The position numbers were made by a program, and so were the translations under genes. A stretch of DNA of 64,000 nt, taken from Heptranchias perlo. Its lineage: Eukaryota. The stretch spans positions 62,001-126,000 of the forward strand of contig NW_027139573.1 of the NCBI RefSeq assembly GCF_035084215.1, given 5' to 3'. Shown piece after piece: positions 63,022 through 64,000 of the stretch (positions are counted from its first letter, which is position 1; each line of letters opens with the position of its first letter). Below the pieces are notes generated by a model, which saw only the letters and a program-made list of their open reading frames with translations, did no database searches and was not told where the DNA came from.

Positions 63022-63340
63022 GTTGTAAAGTCACCCGAGGCGCTGATTAACCAGGAGAGAAGCTGCTGTAACAGGAACTTAATCTCTTGCGCTTTTCAAC
63101 ACCACTCGAGTCTGAAGCTACTTATTGGTGCTTGTGTGCAGCAGGTCTGATAACCAGATCCAGTTAGAATGGAGGGACTTGTTCTGGTCACTGGGTCCCA
63201 GGGAGTGGAGTCTGAGCCTGCATCTTACAGCAGGGGTTCACACTGAGGCCCAGCCCAGTATTAACACCGAACCATCGCATCTGTTTACATCCCCCTGTAT
63301 TTCAATGGTCTATTCCAGACTCCCACTTTCACCCCTCCCA
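63022..63340 (-). promoter_or_regulatory. Putative 5' UTR/proximal promoter of the MHC class I-like gene
   Basis: Immediately upstream of the leader ATG; CCAAT at 63128-63124; weak IRF-like GTGAAAGTG near 63331-63323. Confidence 0.4.
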
Positions 63341-64000
63341 TTCTCTTCCCAATGCACCGACTCTCACTGGCAATGGGACCACAAAGAAAAGAGAGACTCA
63401 CATTCCTATTGTGATTTCACCACCTCAGGACCTCCCAAAGAGTTTTACAGACAGTGAAGTGTTAGTGAAGTGTAGTCACTGTTTTAATGTAGGAAACACG
63501 GCAGCCAATTTGCACACAGCAAGATCCCACAAATAGCAATGAGATAATAGCCAGATAATCTCCCACCCTCTCCCTGCCCACTCCCTCTCCCTCCACTCTC
63601 CCTCCTCATACCCCTCTCCCTCCCACAATCCCTCTCTGCCTCTCCCACCCTCTCCCTCTCCCTCCCCCTCCCCATCTGCCTTGTCCTCTTCCCTTTCCTC
63701 TCCCTCTCTTTGTCTGACTCCCCCTCTCCTTCCCCATCTCCCCACCTTTACCCTCTCTCTTCACTCACACCCCCTCCTGCACCTCTCCCTCTCGATCCCC
63801 TTCTCTGTCCCTTCCCCATCACCCTCCCTCTCTCCCTCTAGCTCCCCCACCCACTCCCTCCCGTCCACTCTCCCTCCCCTCCACTCTCACTCCCCTCCCC
63901 CTCAGCCTCTGCCTCCCACTCTCCCTCCGACTCCCCCTCCCCTTCTCCCTCTCCATCTCCCTCCCACTATCCCTCTCCCTCCCTTTCCCCCTCCCCCTCA

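Overview
Eukaryotic, repeat-rich vertebrate genomic DNA, most likely a cartilaginous fish (inferred from the CR1/L2 LINEs, Deu-domain SINEs and gene style). There is no prokaryotic content and no CRISPR array. Three host loci can be read directly. (1) The 3' part of an apparently intact TRIM/B30.2 (PRY-SPRY) gene on + (exons 2537-2559, 2652-3007, 3941-4485), whose linker exon carries a 7x GEDQERSSEE acidic repeat. (2) A disabled paralogue on + (exons 13447-13468, 13581-13700, 35263-35793), whose last intron holds about 19.5 kb of 37-bp tandem repeats that begin at, and resemble, the exon's own splice donor. (3) A complete five-exon MHC class I-like heavy-chain gene on - (leader 63021-62970, alpha1 52306-52046, alpha2 47408-47133, alpha3 44652-44380, TM/cytoplasmic 40012-39822; 350 aa). 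It lacks most peptide-anchoring residues and has a markedly hydrophobic predicted groove, so it is nonclassical and possibly lipid-binding. The rest is CR1 and L2 LINE fragments, tRNA-headed SINEs, an LTR with a tRNA-Asn-type primer-binding site followed by tandem copies of it, a PIF/Harbinger remnant nested in a CR1 fragment, many minisatellites, and a ~1 kb intronic duplicate of the MHC gene's upstream region. The very long ORFs in the track are repeat artefacts. Exon boundaries were read by hand; repeat boundaries are approximate.
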